A DNA stretch of 64,000 nt, from positions 128,001 through 192,000 of the IMG/VR virus record IMGVR_UViG_3300011678_000001. One strand, given 5' to 3'. The notes under the pieces were generated by a model. The model had not been told where the DNA came from, made no database searches, and saw only the letters and a list, made by a program, of their open reading frames with translations. Source of the stretch: a virus (lineage: Duplodnaviria > Caudoviricetes). Of the stretch, positions 9,543-18,705 are shown one piece after another. Numbering within the stretch: the first letter of the stretch is position 1; the number at the start of each line of letters is the position of its first letter. Position numbers and translations under genes: made by a program.

Positions 9543-9941
9543 TTATTGGGATCTACGTAACACTGACGCCTGACGTTTGGTATCCAGTAACCTGTCGTCT
9601 TTGGCGAGTGTGTATTCAACCGAGCCCTTGATGGCTTCACGGTCATGCCGGTTAAGCATGGGCGCTAACCAAATTCGGGCGTGTTCAACACGGGCTTTCT
9701 TATCTGGATACAGGCGCTTGTATGCACTGCTGTAACTGGCTTGCCCGTACCGTAGGTGTTCCAAGGTCCGGCGAATGCATTCGGTACGCATGACTGCAAA
9801 GCGCTCAGAGATACGGTCCTGCAACAAGATCAGGTAGTGGCTGTACGTCGGTCCCGGTAAGTCAGCGGCGTTGAACTTCTCGGTGATCGAATGTTCGGTG
9901 AAGACAGTCTCATGGACCGTCAGGGTGGGTCTGGTGTCCAT
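9543..9941 (-). CDS. Hypothetical protein
   Basis: ORF with AAGGAG RBS. Confidence 0.6.
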   Translation of the reverse strand: MDTRPTLTVHETVFTEHSITEKFNAADLPGPTYSHYLILLQDRISERFAVMRTECIRRTLEHLRYGQASYSSAYKRLYPDKKARVEHARIWLAPMLNRHDREAIKGSVEYTLAKDDRLLDTKRQASVLRRSQ

Positions 9942-9950
9942 TCAAGCTCC

Positions 9951-10625
9951 TTAGGAACAGATGGTCTCTTGTGTGCGGAGACTCTTGACGTACTCTTCCA
10001 TGGTAACCAAGAAATACGGGGTTTTGTCATTCCAGAGCTTCTGCCCGGCCTTGGTGAACATGGTCACACTGGACAGGAAGTTCGCCTGACCATCCATCAT
10101 GACCTCTTGGCTGATCGAATGTCCTAGACGTACTTCAATCTCGGCTCGTAAGTGCTCAATGATGATTTTTGGATCACCGGCACAGGATGCATAGAGCAGG
10201 TCCGCATCACGCAAGACCATTTCAAGCTTGTTACGTGGTTCAATCCGGAAGGGGAACTCGGTACAGCGGATGGCATCTTCGGCCATGTCCAGTTCTTCAG
10301 GGCGGACGCCTGCATTGATCAGCTTCTCTTGATGGAACCGAAGGCCAGCACGTGCACGGTAAATGTTGATGCTGTCTTCCTCGACCCCTGCGGTGTGGTC
10401 GAAGTCATGGAACAACGCCGCAATCGTCAGCACCACCTCAGGTCGGATGTTCTCCATCCCCAAGTCTTCTTTCTCAAGACGCCACAGGCCTTCAGTGATG
10501 CACTGCACACCCACCATGTGGTGGTTGTTGTGATACGGTGCCTTTGCTGAGCGATTGTGGGAATCAATAATCGCCATGGCTGCGCCGAGGATTTGGCGGT
10601 GTTGGATATGCTCGACGATGTTCAT
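9951..10625 (-). CDS. HD-domain phosphohydrolase (PDE-like)
   Basis: PYHNNHHMVGV, AALFHDFDHTAG, LRDADLL motifs. Confidence 0.8.
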   Translation of the reverse strand: MNIVEHIQHRQILGAAMAIIDSHNRSAKAPYHNNHHMVGVQCITEGLWRLEKEDLGMENIRPEVVLTIAALFHDFDHTAGVEEDSINIYRARAGLRFHQEKLINAGVRPEELDMAEDAIRCTEFPFRIEPRNKLEMVLRDADLLYASCAGDPKIIIEHLRAEIEVRLGHSISQEVMMDGQANFLSSVTMFTKAGQKLWNDKTPYFLVTMEEYVKSLRTQETICS

Positions 10626-10837
10626 GCAGGTTTATTCCCTTGGGTTCTGAAACAGTTCGTGATACGCTCAGCCATGACAACCACCCACAGAACAATCTGC
10701 AGGAGTGTTAAAACAGGCACCATCAAATACATCGCGAAGGTGTTGGCCTTCAGATTGGGTTCCTTATTTCCCTCTTCCAGCAAGCACCAGACGATGCACG
10801 CCAACCACAATGCCACGATCCATCCTAGGTATTCCAT
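10622..10837 (-). CDS. Small membrane protein
   Basis: Two hydrophobic segments. Confidence 0.55.
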   Translation of the reverse strand: MEYLGWIVALWLACIVWCLLEEGNKEPNLKANTFAMYLMVPVLTLLQIVLWVVVMAERITNCFRTQGNKPA

Positions 10838-10862
10838 TTGCTACCTTGCTCCTTACGTTCGG

Positions 10863-11105
10863 TTATTTACAGCCAGAGTGAGTTTCCACAGCGTCAAGTA
10901 ACAGTGGCCTAATCGCCACTTCCAACCCTGCCAAGTCAGCAGCGTTCATCCCCATGCCCCGAGCCAGAATCTGCCGTTGCAAGAAATCAATCTCCCGGTC
11001 AAGGATCTGTTTGATACCCTCAGCAGCAGATCGAACTTCTGGGTTGGGGTCTTGATCTTCAGCTTTGCGCAGCGGTGGTGGGAAACAATCGCCATCTGCA
11101 ACCAT
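10863..11105 (-). CDS. Hypothetical protein
   Basis: ORF with AGGAG RBS. Confidence 0.55.
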   Translation of the reverse strand: MVADGDCFPPPLRKAEDQDPNPEVRSAAEGIKQILDREIDFLQRQILARGMGMNAADLAGLEVAIRPLLLDAVETHSGCK

Positions 11106-11120
11106 GGTGACTCCTATTGC

Positions 11121-11408
11121 TTAGAACGGCGTTCTCGACGCCTTAATATCGTCCTCTGTGCGAGGAACCCCTAGTACGATCCAACTGCCAGTAACGCCCA
11201 GGACGATAGACGCGGCTATCCAGTAGATTTCAGTCGGGCGAGACTGAGCCAGCTCGTATTTATCCTGCTCAGCGTCGATCTCCTCGTTCATACGCCGCTC
11301 GAACTCAGCTAGCGACATCCGTCGAAGATTACGCGCTTGACGAATACGAGAGCTGACCGTGGTTGCGTTCAGGCTGCCCCATTGTTCAGACAGGGTCTCA
11401 TTGGCCAT
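11121..11408 (-). CDS. XRE-like helix-turn-helix protein
   Basis: SSRIRQARNLRRMSLAEF...YELAQSRP...ASIVLGVTGSWIVLG. Confidence 0.65.
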   Translation of the reverse strand: MANETLSEQWGSLNATTVSSRIRQARNLRRMSLAEFERRMNEEIDAEQDKYELAQSRPTEIYWIAASIVLGVTGSWIVLGVPRTEDDIKASRTPF

Positions 11409-11426
11409 ACGTGCTCCTTACAGTGA

Positions 11427-11450
11427 AGAGGGCGGGTAATCCCGCCCTCT
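11427..11450. terminator. Intergenic hairpin
   Basis: AGAGGGCGGG/CCCGCCCTCT followed by ATGCCG. Confidence 0.6.
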
Positions 11451-11460
11451 ATGCCGACTA

Positions 11461-11739
11461 TCAGTTTCGCTTAAGGTCGCGTAGCCATTCGATCAACATG
11501 CAACCCCACCAGAGGAGGACACAGAGCACCACCAAGAGCGCTGTGATCGGCCAGAGCGTCATCATCCACCAATACTGGTCGTCAGTGAACGCGATCAGAC
11601 CCGAGCCTCGCTGATTCCAGTTATGGGGATTGCGGCGATAGTAATCCTTCCGGTACCAATGAAAGCCCAATGCTCCAACCGTCCAGATTACGGCGGTTGC
11701 CAAGATAGACAACATGCTAATTCCCGCCACGTTGATCAA
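11461..11739 (-). CDS. Small membrane protein
   Basis: Two TM segments. Confidence 0.55.
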   Translation of the reverse strand: MINVAGISMLSILATAVIWTVGALGFHWYRKDYYRRNPHNWNQRGSGLIAFTDDQYWWMMTLWPITALLVVLCVLLWWGCMLIEWLRDLKRN

Positions 11740-12032
11740 ACAGCCACTTTCGCGGCGATGTGAGGATGGGACTCGTAACCGACCAGATCAAAGTCGTCGA
11801 TGGTGAACCCAAAGATGTCCTTGACTGCCGGGTTGATCTTCATCTTCGGCAGCGGCATCGGTGTGCGGGTCATTTGCAGATCGGCCTGTTCCAGATGGTT
11901 GCTGTACAGGTGCGTGTCGCCACCGGTCCAGATGAACTCGCCAGGAACATGATCAGTGCACTGGGCGATCATCATGGTCAGCAGGGCATACGAGGCAATA
12001 TTAAACGGGACGCCCAAAAAGACGTCCGCGGA
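11736..12032 (-). CDS. thyA: Thymidylate synthase, exon 2
   Basis: [18 protein letters not shown]...GDTHLYSNH...[13 protein letters not shown], the canonical ThyA C-terminus. Confidence 0.95.
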   Translation of the reverse strand, partial: SADVFLGVPFNIASYALLTMMIAQCTDHVPGEFIWTGGDTHLYSNHLEQADLQMTRTPMPLPKMKINPAVKDIFGFTIDDFDLVGYESHPHIAAKVAV

Positions 12033-12321
12033 CGCTATCTTCAGATAGGTTCGTTAGGCCTACCCCGCCTCTCAGTAGCAGGCAGCTGCATGTCGCCATG
12101 CAGGCGAGATCATATCACGCTCCACTTCCTGTGGAGCCCTCCCATTTCGAGGTCACTTGACCCCTACTCTACTCACCTTGTTTATCCATCATGGCAAGGT
12201 TTTCGATGATCGTTGAACGTTCCCTTGTACGGGGCTTCGCTGCTGATTGCCTCAGTGAGGGTTCCCAGCAATTAGAGAGGTTATTCAAGATAGCTTACGC
12301 TACCAGGGCGCACTTTACTTT
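12033..12321 (-). mobile_element. Group I self-splicing intron (289 nt, no internal ORF) in thyA
   Basis: 5' exon ends in U (CAG CGU) and intron ends in G. P AAUUGCUGGGAA, Q AAUCAGCAG, R GUUCAACGAUCA, S GAUAUGAUC; P1 GCGU/GUGC. Removal restores YQR-SADVFLG in frame. Confidence 0.93.
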
Positions 12322-13077
12322 ACGCTGGTACAGCTGGCAAGACAAACGACGCTTCGGCACGCCCTGGTCGTCCAAGTACTGATCGATCATCTGACCCAAG
12401 GCTTCGCCCTTGATGTTGTCATCGAGTTCGCACAACCAATTGGAGTACTCGCTATTGTGGCCGTCGTAACCTGGCTGAAGGATCTTCTCACGCTCTTGGC
12501 GTGTCAGCTTGACTGAGTAGAACTGGAACAGGGCATGACACGGCGGCAGGGCCATCTGATCCACCAAGGCAGGGTTCCACGCACTGACGATCAGGCGGCG
12601 ACTGTCTGGGTTCTTCTTCAGCATATCGATCAGGTTGGTAATCTGATCAATGCCTTCGTTACCACGACCCTTACACTTCGGACACGTCCACTCATTGAAG
12701 GAGACGTCGCCGAAGTCTGCATCGTTGCACTTACCCGTTCCACCACAGGTTTCGCACTTAACAGGGGTGGGCCAGCTGCGCCACTGGGCGCCATAGACCG
12801 GACCGAGTTCGCCGTTCTCATCAGCCCATTCGTCCCAAATCCGAACACCGTTCTCTTTCAGGTAACGAATGTTGGTGTCACCCTGCAGGAACCACAGCAG
12901 TTCGTGGATGATCGACTTCAGATGACACTTCTTGGTGGTCACGAGCGGGAATTGTCCTCCGCTCAGGTCAAACCGCATCTGATAACCAAAGACGCTGTAC
13001 GTTCCCGTGCCAGTTCTGTCTTCCTTGAATACACCATTGCTTCTAACGTGCCGCATCAAATCTAAATACTGCTTCAT
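12322..13077 (-). CDS. thyA: Thymidylate synthase, exon 1
   Basis: [45 protein letters not shown]. Confidence 0.95.
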
Positions 13078-13104
13078 CGTCCTTACTCCCCAGGTGTGTT
13101 AGGT

Positions 13105-13377
13105 TCAGCGAAAATAAAGTTTATGTCGGATGGGCGTTACTTGCTCAAAAGCAATCCCGGCCGTGACGCGGCACTGCTCGATGTGTTCAGCAGGAGACCA
13201 TGCCTCGGCAATGTTCTTCGTTGGGACTTCAACCGTCGTATACGCGCAGATGGCAAATGTCATCAACGCTAGACGCTCTTTATCTCGCGTGTTCCCATCG
13301 ACCATCCAGTACATCATCAACGCAAACGAAATGAATGCGAAGAGGAGGCTCAGAATGGATACGGTCCGAATGTTCAT
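13105..13377 (-). CDS. Small membrane protein
   Basis: N-terminal TM helix. Confidence 0.55.
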   Translation of the reverse strand: MNIRTVSILSLLFAFISFALMMYWMVDGNTRDKERLALMTFAICAYTTVEVPTKNIAEAWSPAEHIEQCRVTAGIAFEQVTPIRHKLYFR

Positions 13378-13481
13378 GGAGGGGTTTCCTTAAATGATGG
13401 CCAATGGCTTTCATATTCCACCCAACCTATCATCTATCTGATAGGCTGGATACGTTCAAAAACACATGGCGACTCGGCATA

Positions 13482-13505
13482 AGGGGAGAGCTTCGGCTCT
13501 CCCCT
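13482..13505. terminator. Hairpin terminator
   Basis: AGGGGAGAGC TTCG GCTCTCCCCT, flanked by CGGCATA and TATG. Confidence 0.7.
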
Positions 13506-13511
13506 ATGTTT

Positions 13512-13667
13512 TCAGATGAATCCGGTCATCTGCATGATGCGTTCCATCATCAGGTAGAACGCCCAGGGGAAGCAGAAGATACTGGCAACTGTTGACCAAA
13601 AACCCTTCGCCAAGACCACGCCGCCAACCCAGAAGGTAAAGAACAGAATCACGGTGAGGTAACGCAT
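13512..13667 (-). CDS. Small membrane protein (51 aa, below ORF-track cutoff)
   Basis: MRYLTVILFFTFWVGGVVLAKGFWSTVASIFCFPWAFYLMMERIMQMTGFI, read by hand. Confidence 0.55.
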   Translation of the reverse strand: MRYLTVILFFTFWVGGVVLAKGFWSTVASIFCFPWAFYLMMERIMQMTGFI

Positions 13668-13675
13668 TGCCCATT

Positions 13676-14344
13676 TCATGCTGGTGAATGATCCATGTGG
13701 CCGATGGTGCCGACGTTCACACGCTGTCCCGGTTGCAGGATCGTGGAGCGAGACGTGTAGAACGGTACACCGTCGAGAATGTTAGTGACAGACTGCACGC
13801 AATGAATCGGACGGGTGAAGCGCGGGAACTCGAACGCGCTCAGGTCGAACCGCTGCTGCATGGTAAGTGCACTGTAGTACACCGGAGCTGCCACGGTCGG
13901 CATGCCTTTGAGTGCCAGGTAAATCCCATCGTCTGCCGTCTCAGGCAGGTCAAGGGTCTCCAGGAAGTACGCTTCACGGCAACTCAGGTTATTCACGGCC
14001 CGATGACGGCGTAGAGCTGCATCGATGTCAGTTGCGGGCAGGAGGGAGATGAACATGAGGTCCTGAACCTCACTATAGCCGGCATTGTCAGCACGGGCTT
14101 GTTCGACGTCATTCATAGCGCGGAACAGGGAGTTCCAGCTGCCAGCCGGACGGATGCGGAACAACCGTGCATTGCGAGCCTTGAAGGTCTCGGCCACGGC
14201 TTTCGACGGACGCTTATTGTTATCACCCAGGATGAAGAACTCTTTGACAGCAGCCTGGCGCTTGACGATCGCTTCTGCTTGTTCGAAATTGTCGACAAAC
14301 AGAATGGCCACGCTTTGCAGCGTCAATGGATTGGTGGTGCTCAT
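13676..14344 (-). CDS. Hypothetical protein ending in an EF-Tu-like peptide
   Basis: Start MSTTNPL with AAGGGG RBS; C-terminus RVNVGTIGHMDH. Confidence 0.6.
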   Translation of the reverse strand: MSTTNPLTLQSVAILFVDNFEQAEAIVKRQAAVKEFFILGDNNKRPSKAVAETFKARNARLFRIRPAGSWNSLFRAMNDVEQARADNAGYSEVQDLMFISLLPATDIDAALRRHRAVNNLSCREAYFLETLDLPETADDGIYLALKGMPTVAAPVYYSALTMQQRFDLSAFEFPRFTRPIHCVQSVTNILDGVPFYTSRSTILQPGQRVNVGTIGHMDHSPA

Positions 14345-14381
14345 GACTTCCCCTTGTACTACGGTGTGTTGGCTAAAGTGG

Positions 14382-14699
14382 TCAGACGGCTTGCGCCATC
14401 TCAATTTGGTCTGGGTCGATCCCACATGATTCGGCGAATCGTGCTAAGAGGTTGACCGCTTCAGTTTTGGTGAAGGCAGAGGGCGAGACTTCTCGGATAG
14501 AGAGCCGGGCCATGACCTGTTCCAGACGCTGAGCGATCTCCGCTTTAGGTGTCGGCACATACTTTAACTGTATGGACTTCAGGATGCGCCAAACGGGCTT
14601 GACCTGTTCCAGGGCAGCGTACGATTTGACCTTCTCTAGTTCTTGGGTGAACGTGTCCACCAGGCGGAAGGTTTCGTACCAATTGTTCTCGATCATCAT
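14382..14699 (-). CDS. Hypothetical protein
   Basis: Start MMIENNW with GAGGA RBS. Confidence 0.55.
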   Translation of the reverse strand: MMIENNWYETFRLVDTFTQELEKVKSYAALEQVKPVWRILKSIQLKYVPTPKAEIAQRLEQVMARLSIREVSPSAFTKTEAVNLLARFAESCGIDPDQIEMAQAV

Positions 14700-14703
14700 G
14701 TCC

Positions 14704-15198
14704 TCATGATCGGCTGGCCACACGCTGTGGTTCAGCCTGTAGCGGTGACGATTGCATCTCTTCATTGCGGTGAGGAGAACCCGGTGGATAGACCACGGGC
14801 GGCATAGCAATCACGTTAAGCTCACCTTGTTCTGTTACCGCCCCAAATGTACCTTGACCCGACATCACTGCTCGGATCGCGTGGTATGGAATGGACAGGA
14901 CTTGATCAGCATGGTTAAGACGAATGCCCAAGGTCAGGACTTCATCGCCGAACTCCAACCGGGTGACAAACCCCGGCGAGATACAGATGGTGAGTTCCCC
15001 ATACCCACCTCCGTTAAAGGACGCAAGGAGCACATCTTTCAACAACGCATTGTCGATGAGAATGCACGCCCCCACGCTCCGTTCGGTAAAGTAGTCAATG
15101 GCTGCCTTGACTAAGTGTTTTGCCCAAAGTACAGGCACTGTACGATTCACTGGCAATACTCCGATGTCTGACGTTTCCGGTTTATACCATAGGATCAT
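14704..15198 (-). CDS. sspB: Stringent starvation protein B-like (ClpXP adaptor homologue)
   Basis: GELTICISPGFVTRLEFGDEVLTLGIRLNHADQVLSIPYHAIRAV aligns by eye with SspB GQIVLNIAPRAVGNLELANDEVRFNARFGGIPRQVSVPLAAVLAI. Confidence 0.7.
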   Translation of the reverse strand: MILWYKPETSDIGVLPVNRTVPVLWAKHLVKAAIDYFTERSVGACILIDNALLKDVLLASFNGGGYGELTICISPGFVTRLEFGDEVLTLGIRLNHADQVLSIPYHAIRAVMSGQGTFGAVTEQGELNVIAMPPVVYPPGSPHRNEEMQSSPLQAEPQRVASRS

Positions 15199-15211
15199 AC
15201 CTGCCTGTCTT

Positions 15212-15955
15212 TTATTCCCCTTCGAAGGCAATCAGGCCGGTTTCCTCATCGAGCGTAAGGTTTACCTTAGTGATTGAGTCCGGTTGGTCTCGCAGAAACA
15301 TCAGTGCTGCCAAGGCAACGTAATCAATCGAATGCTCCATGAAACGGTCGATGAGCCACGGCGCTTGATGCTGACGCAGGTGGTGGGTGGGGACGCCATT
15401 GATTTCAATAGTGACCGGGCGGTCGCACGTAGGTACCACATCCACCAACATGCCCATGTCGATCATTCCACCTTCGACATTGAAGAGCATCTTCATCAAC
15501 CCGACCTGAGCCGGTTTCATGAGGTCGCGCTGATGCACGAAGTTGCGGGTGTCAATGTCAGTGAACGTCACGCACTCGTCGACCATGTGTGGTTCACTGC
15601 CAAAGAACTCATGGACATGTCCCATCATCTTTGGACTGATCTTGAACGACAGTTCTTCAAAGTGACCCCAAGTGTCATCTTGGAAGCGCGCCGAATAACG
15701 GATCACGGTATCTTCGATTGTCGTGCCGTGATACGCACTTAATTCGCCCCGGTAGGTGACGCTGGCGTCGCCCTCGGACATGTGAGTCCCCGGCACTGCG
15801 ATACCCGTACGGGCAAAGAGCTCAACCGCATGGATCAGCGACAGGCTTTCGACCAGAGATGGACGCTCACCGGGTTCTTCTTGCAGCATCCGGTCCAGAT
15901 TGATGTCCAGACCTTTCATCATCAGCTCGAGTGCGACTAGGTTGTTAAGTGACAT
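15212..15955 (-). CDS. Hypothetical protein
   Basis: Start MSLNNLV overlapping upstream gene. Confidence 0.6.
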   Translation of the reverse strand: MSLNNLVALELMMKGLDINLDRMLQEEPGERPSLVESLSLIHAVELFARTGIAVPGTHMSEGDASVTYRGELSAYHGTTIEDTVIRYSARFQDDTWGHFEELSFKISPKMMGHVHEFFGSEPHMVDECVTFTDIDTRNFVHQRDLMKPAQVGLMKMLFNVEGGMIDMGMLVDVVPTCDRPVTIEINGVPTHHLRQHQAPWLIDRFMEHSIDYVALAALMFLRDQPDSITKVNLTLDEETGLIAFEGE

Positions 15956-16568
15956 CGATGTCATCCTTCTTGTACGTGACAATCGCGGTGGAAAGGGCAT
16001 TGAGAGAGGCAGTGTCCTTGAGGATGTCGGTATGTGAGATCCGTCCGTGGACAGTGCCGAGCTGTTTGGCCAGCTCATCGACGACGAAGTTGTTGTCTCC
16101 TTGCAGTTCCAGGGTCCAGACAAACTCTCCCGTAATAATGGCCGGGAAGGTGAATTTATCCAGCTTCAGGTTAAGGTCAATGTGCGGTTGATCGAAGATC
16201 TTGATGACCTTGCCGATCATGGTCTTGGCCAAGGACATCATCTGCTCGCCCTCTGGGGCAATGAAGTCATCGGGGGTGATCTGGAAGCTGACGTAGACCG
16301 TGGGTGCACCTTTGGCGTCAAAGATGAAGTAGTAGCGCTCACCGTCGACCACCGTGTAAGGGACGATGTGGATGGCCACCGGCCGGTAATGCGGCGGTTG
16401 TTCATCGTCCACGGTAAAGCAGTCGAGTTGCTCCCCGTTGGTGTCGATTTCCTCTGTCAACATGCGGTCGAGTTTGTACGACTCATCCGGGTTCTGGCTG
16501 AAACCAACCGAATCCAACAACCGAGCCATCTTGGCATCATCGAGCACAAATAACTTTTTCATGATCAC
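15945..16568 (-). CDS. Hypothetical protein
   Basis: ORF with AAGGGG RBS. Confidence 0.6.
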   Translation of the reverse strand: MIMKKLFVLDDAKMARLLDSVGFSQNPDESYKLDRMLTEEIDTNGEQLDCFTVDDEQPPHYRPVAIHIVPYTVVDGERYYFIFDAKGAPTVYVSFQITPDDFIAPEGEQMMSLAKTMIGKVIKIFDQPHIDLNLKLDKFTFPAIITGEFVWTLELQGDNNFVVDELAKQLGTVHGRISHTDILKDTASLNALSTAIVTYKKDDIDVT

Positions 16569-16576
16569 CCCTTACG

Positions 16577-17224
16577 TTATTTAGATTTCTTCGTCGCGTC
16601 ACGTTCGATGCGGTCGACTTTAGCTTCCATGATTTCCACCAGGTCAGCCACATCCTTCATTTTGGAATACCCTCGGACGAAGTAGTTGGTGCCAGGGTAA
16701 CGCTCCATGCCTTCGGTGTCATCGCTGCACTGCATCTCGATCACACGCGGTTGTCCGGAGAAGCCAAATTGCGGGAACAGCACCACCTTGCCCAAGAAGT
16801 AGCCTTTGTCGTGCTCTTTCATCCAGGCATTGGCGGCATCATGTTGAATTTTAAGTTCGTCTTCTTCATTCCAGCGATCATCAGCCTTGAGCCAGTTTTG
16901 CTGGGTGTTGAGTTTGACCGGGTAGATGGTCCGACACTTATGGCCTGTCATGATCATGCCGTGACAGCCGTCGTTAATGAACTGCTCAATGATCACCGCG
17001 CACTGTTCCACATGGTCAATGCAATAGTTCAGGTACTTGAGCGGGTTATCCGCCTGGATCAGGTCCATGAGCAGGTTACGCTGCACCGGTAGCGTGGCAT
17101 CTTTAAGCAGACGCACTGCCATGGAGCGGACTTTCTTGGGGTTCTTCAAGTTGGCGTCCTTGAAGATCTTGATGATGCCGGACTCTTGGGCCATGGAGTC
17201 AAGGTAAGGGGTTTGTTCGGACAT
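16577..17224 (-). CDS. Hypothetical protein
   Basis: ORF with AGGAG RBS. Confidence 0.65.
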   Translation of the reverse strand: MSEQTPYLDSMAQESGIIKIFKDANLKNPKKVRSMAVRLLKDATLPVQRNLLMDLIQADNPLKYLNYCIDHVEQCAVIIEQFINDGCHGMIMTGHKCRTIYPVKLNTQQNWLKADDRWNEEDELKIQHDAANAWMKEHDKGYFLGKVVLFPQFGFSGQPRVIEMQCSDDTEGMERYPGTNYFVRGYSKMKDVADLVEIMEAKVDRIERDATKKSK

Positions 17225-17291
17225 GTTCGTGCTCCTGTTGTCTATGCGTGAAACGAGGAGGGGCCTGACCCCTCCGGTTATGTTGAATGTG

Positions 17292-18077
17292 TTACTTATC
17301 CGTCACCAATTCGATTCCGGAAATCGCAGCCATGACCATCTGGTCTTCGCTGGGATTAACTGTTTTGCTCGATGGACTGGCCAAGATATCGTGAACCTCT
17401 TCCGGTTCCAGTTCCATCGATGCCGAACGAATCAATGCACGGGCAACACTCTTGCGCAGTGCCTCATTCTTGATGGCGTGTTCATCCACCAGAGGACTCA
17501 CGAACTTGTTGACGTAGTAGTCACCGGCTTCATGGGGCTGGTGTTTGGCGTACCCGTTGACAGCGGTTTCCAATTCGTCGATGTGCATGATCACCGGGAT
17601 GTTGAAATCACGGGTGACAATACGACTACCGCCTGAGTGAGCACCTGGCAGGTTACGGTCGCTGAACACGGCCCACTGCGTGGTGATGTTCTCCACCATG
17701 AAGTAGTTGGCCGCCATGACCGTCAGCAGGTCGTACAGCTCATCAGGGTTGATGTCTGTCTCAATCGCCGGGTTATGGTAGTCATCATGGAAGATGCGGG
17801 TGTGAGGCTGGTACCCGAGCAGTACAACCTTATCGCGCAGGGCTGACAAGACTGTGTTGATGCTCTGGTCTTCCCCGTCATAAAGGCCATACGCTTCGCC
17901 GATAAGCTCGATGGCTTCTTTAGCTGTCAGGGCGCTGCCTTCATCTTGCACCAGATCAAAGATGTCCGGATGCTCGGTGACTTCGAGGTCTAAGACAATC
18001 GACAGTTCTTGCAACGAAGGGTAATCGGTGACGTTAGAGAACTGGATACGATGATAGGACACAGAACAGACGTGCAT
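17292..18077 (-). CDS. Hypothetical protein
   Basis: ORF with AAGGAG RBS. Confidence 0.65.
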   Translation of the reverse strand: MHVCSVSYHRIQFSNVTDYPSLQELSIVLDLEVTEHPDIFDLVQDEGSALTAKEAIELIGEAYGLYDGEDQSINTVLSALRDKVVLLGYQPHTRIFHDDYHNPAIETDINPDELYDLLTVMAANYFMVENITTQWAVFSDRNLPGAHSGGSRIVTRDFNIPVIMHIDELETAVNGYAKHQPHEAGDYYVNKFVSPLVDEHAIKNEALRKSVARALIRSASMELEPEEVHDILASPSSKTVNPSEDQMVMAAISGIELVTDK

Positions 18078-18088
18078 GTGTAACTCCT

Positions 18089-18697
18089 TTAGAATAGACG
18101 GTGTTGTTCAACTAACTCATCAGCCACGCGATCGGCTCTATCGCATGAATAACGATCCACGTAAGACAAGGTACCCCACCCGCTGACACTGTAACCGATT
18201 AACTGGGCAAACTGACGCCATTCCTCGTCACTGAATTTACCCATACCCGCCATCAGGTTCATGTCCATTCCGCGTGGCTCTGCAAACCGGTACAGGTCTC
18301 TGACCATGCGATTCTCAAGGAACCGTATCACGCCGTGTGGATCGAGCCCGATCGGCTGCATCGGTTCTTCGTCGCCAATGTAGATTAATTGACCGGGGCT
18401 TAATTGATCAGCAATCAGCCTGGCTTTGATGCGAGAACATGGGTTCACGAAGGGCTGCTCCATCCACGTATGAAGATGCCACCCGAGCAATTGAGAGAAT
18501 TGCCGCCATTCTTCATCCGAATACTGGCCGGAGCTTTTCATCTCATCCATACCAAACCGCTGGTCAAGACCAAATAGGTACAGACTGAGAACCATTCTAT
18601 TCTCAAGGAATCGGACATCGCCGTTCGAATCGATACCGATGGGTTGCATCGGTTCTTCATCGTTGATGTAGATGAGCTGTGGATGATCGATCATCAA
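18089..18697 (-). CDS. Hypothetical protein with internal tandem duplication
   Basis: QLIYI.DEEPMQPIG.D..G..RFLENRMV...SDEEWRQF.QL.G occurs twice. Confidence 0.7.
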   Translation of the reverse strand: MMIDHPQLIYINDEEPMQPIGIDSNGDVRFLENRMVLSLYLFGLDQRFGMDEMKSSGQYSDEEWRQFSQLLGWHLHTWMEQPFVNPCSRIKARLIADQLSPGQLIYIGDEEPMQPIGLDPHGVIRFLENRMVRDLYRFAEPRGMDMNLMAGMGKFSDEEWRQFAQLIGYSVSGWGTLSYVDRYSCDRADRVADELVEQHRLF

Positions 18698-18705
18698 ACA
18701 CCTCG

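Noticed and set aside
12295-12321. thyA as a pseudogene or truncated by a stop (KVKCALVA*)
   Set aside because: Explained by read-through into a group I intron; the spliced frame is intact
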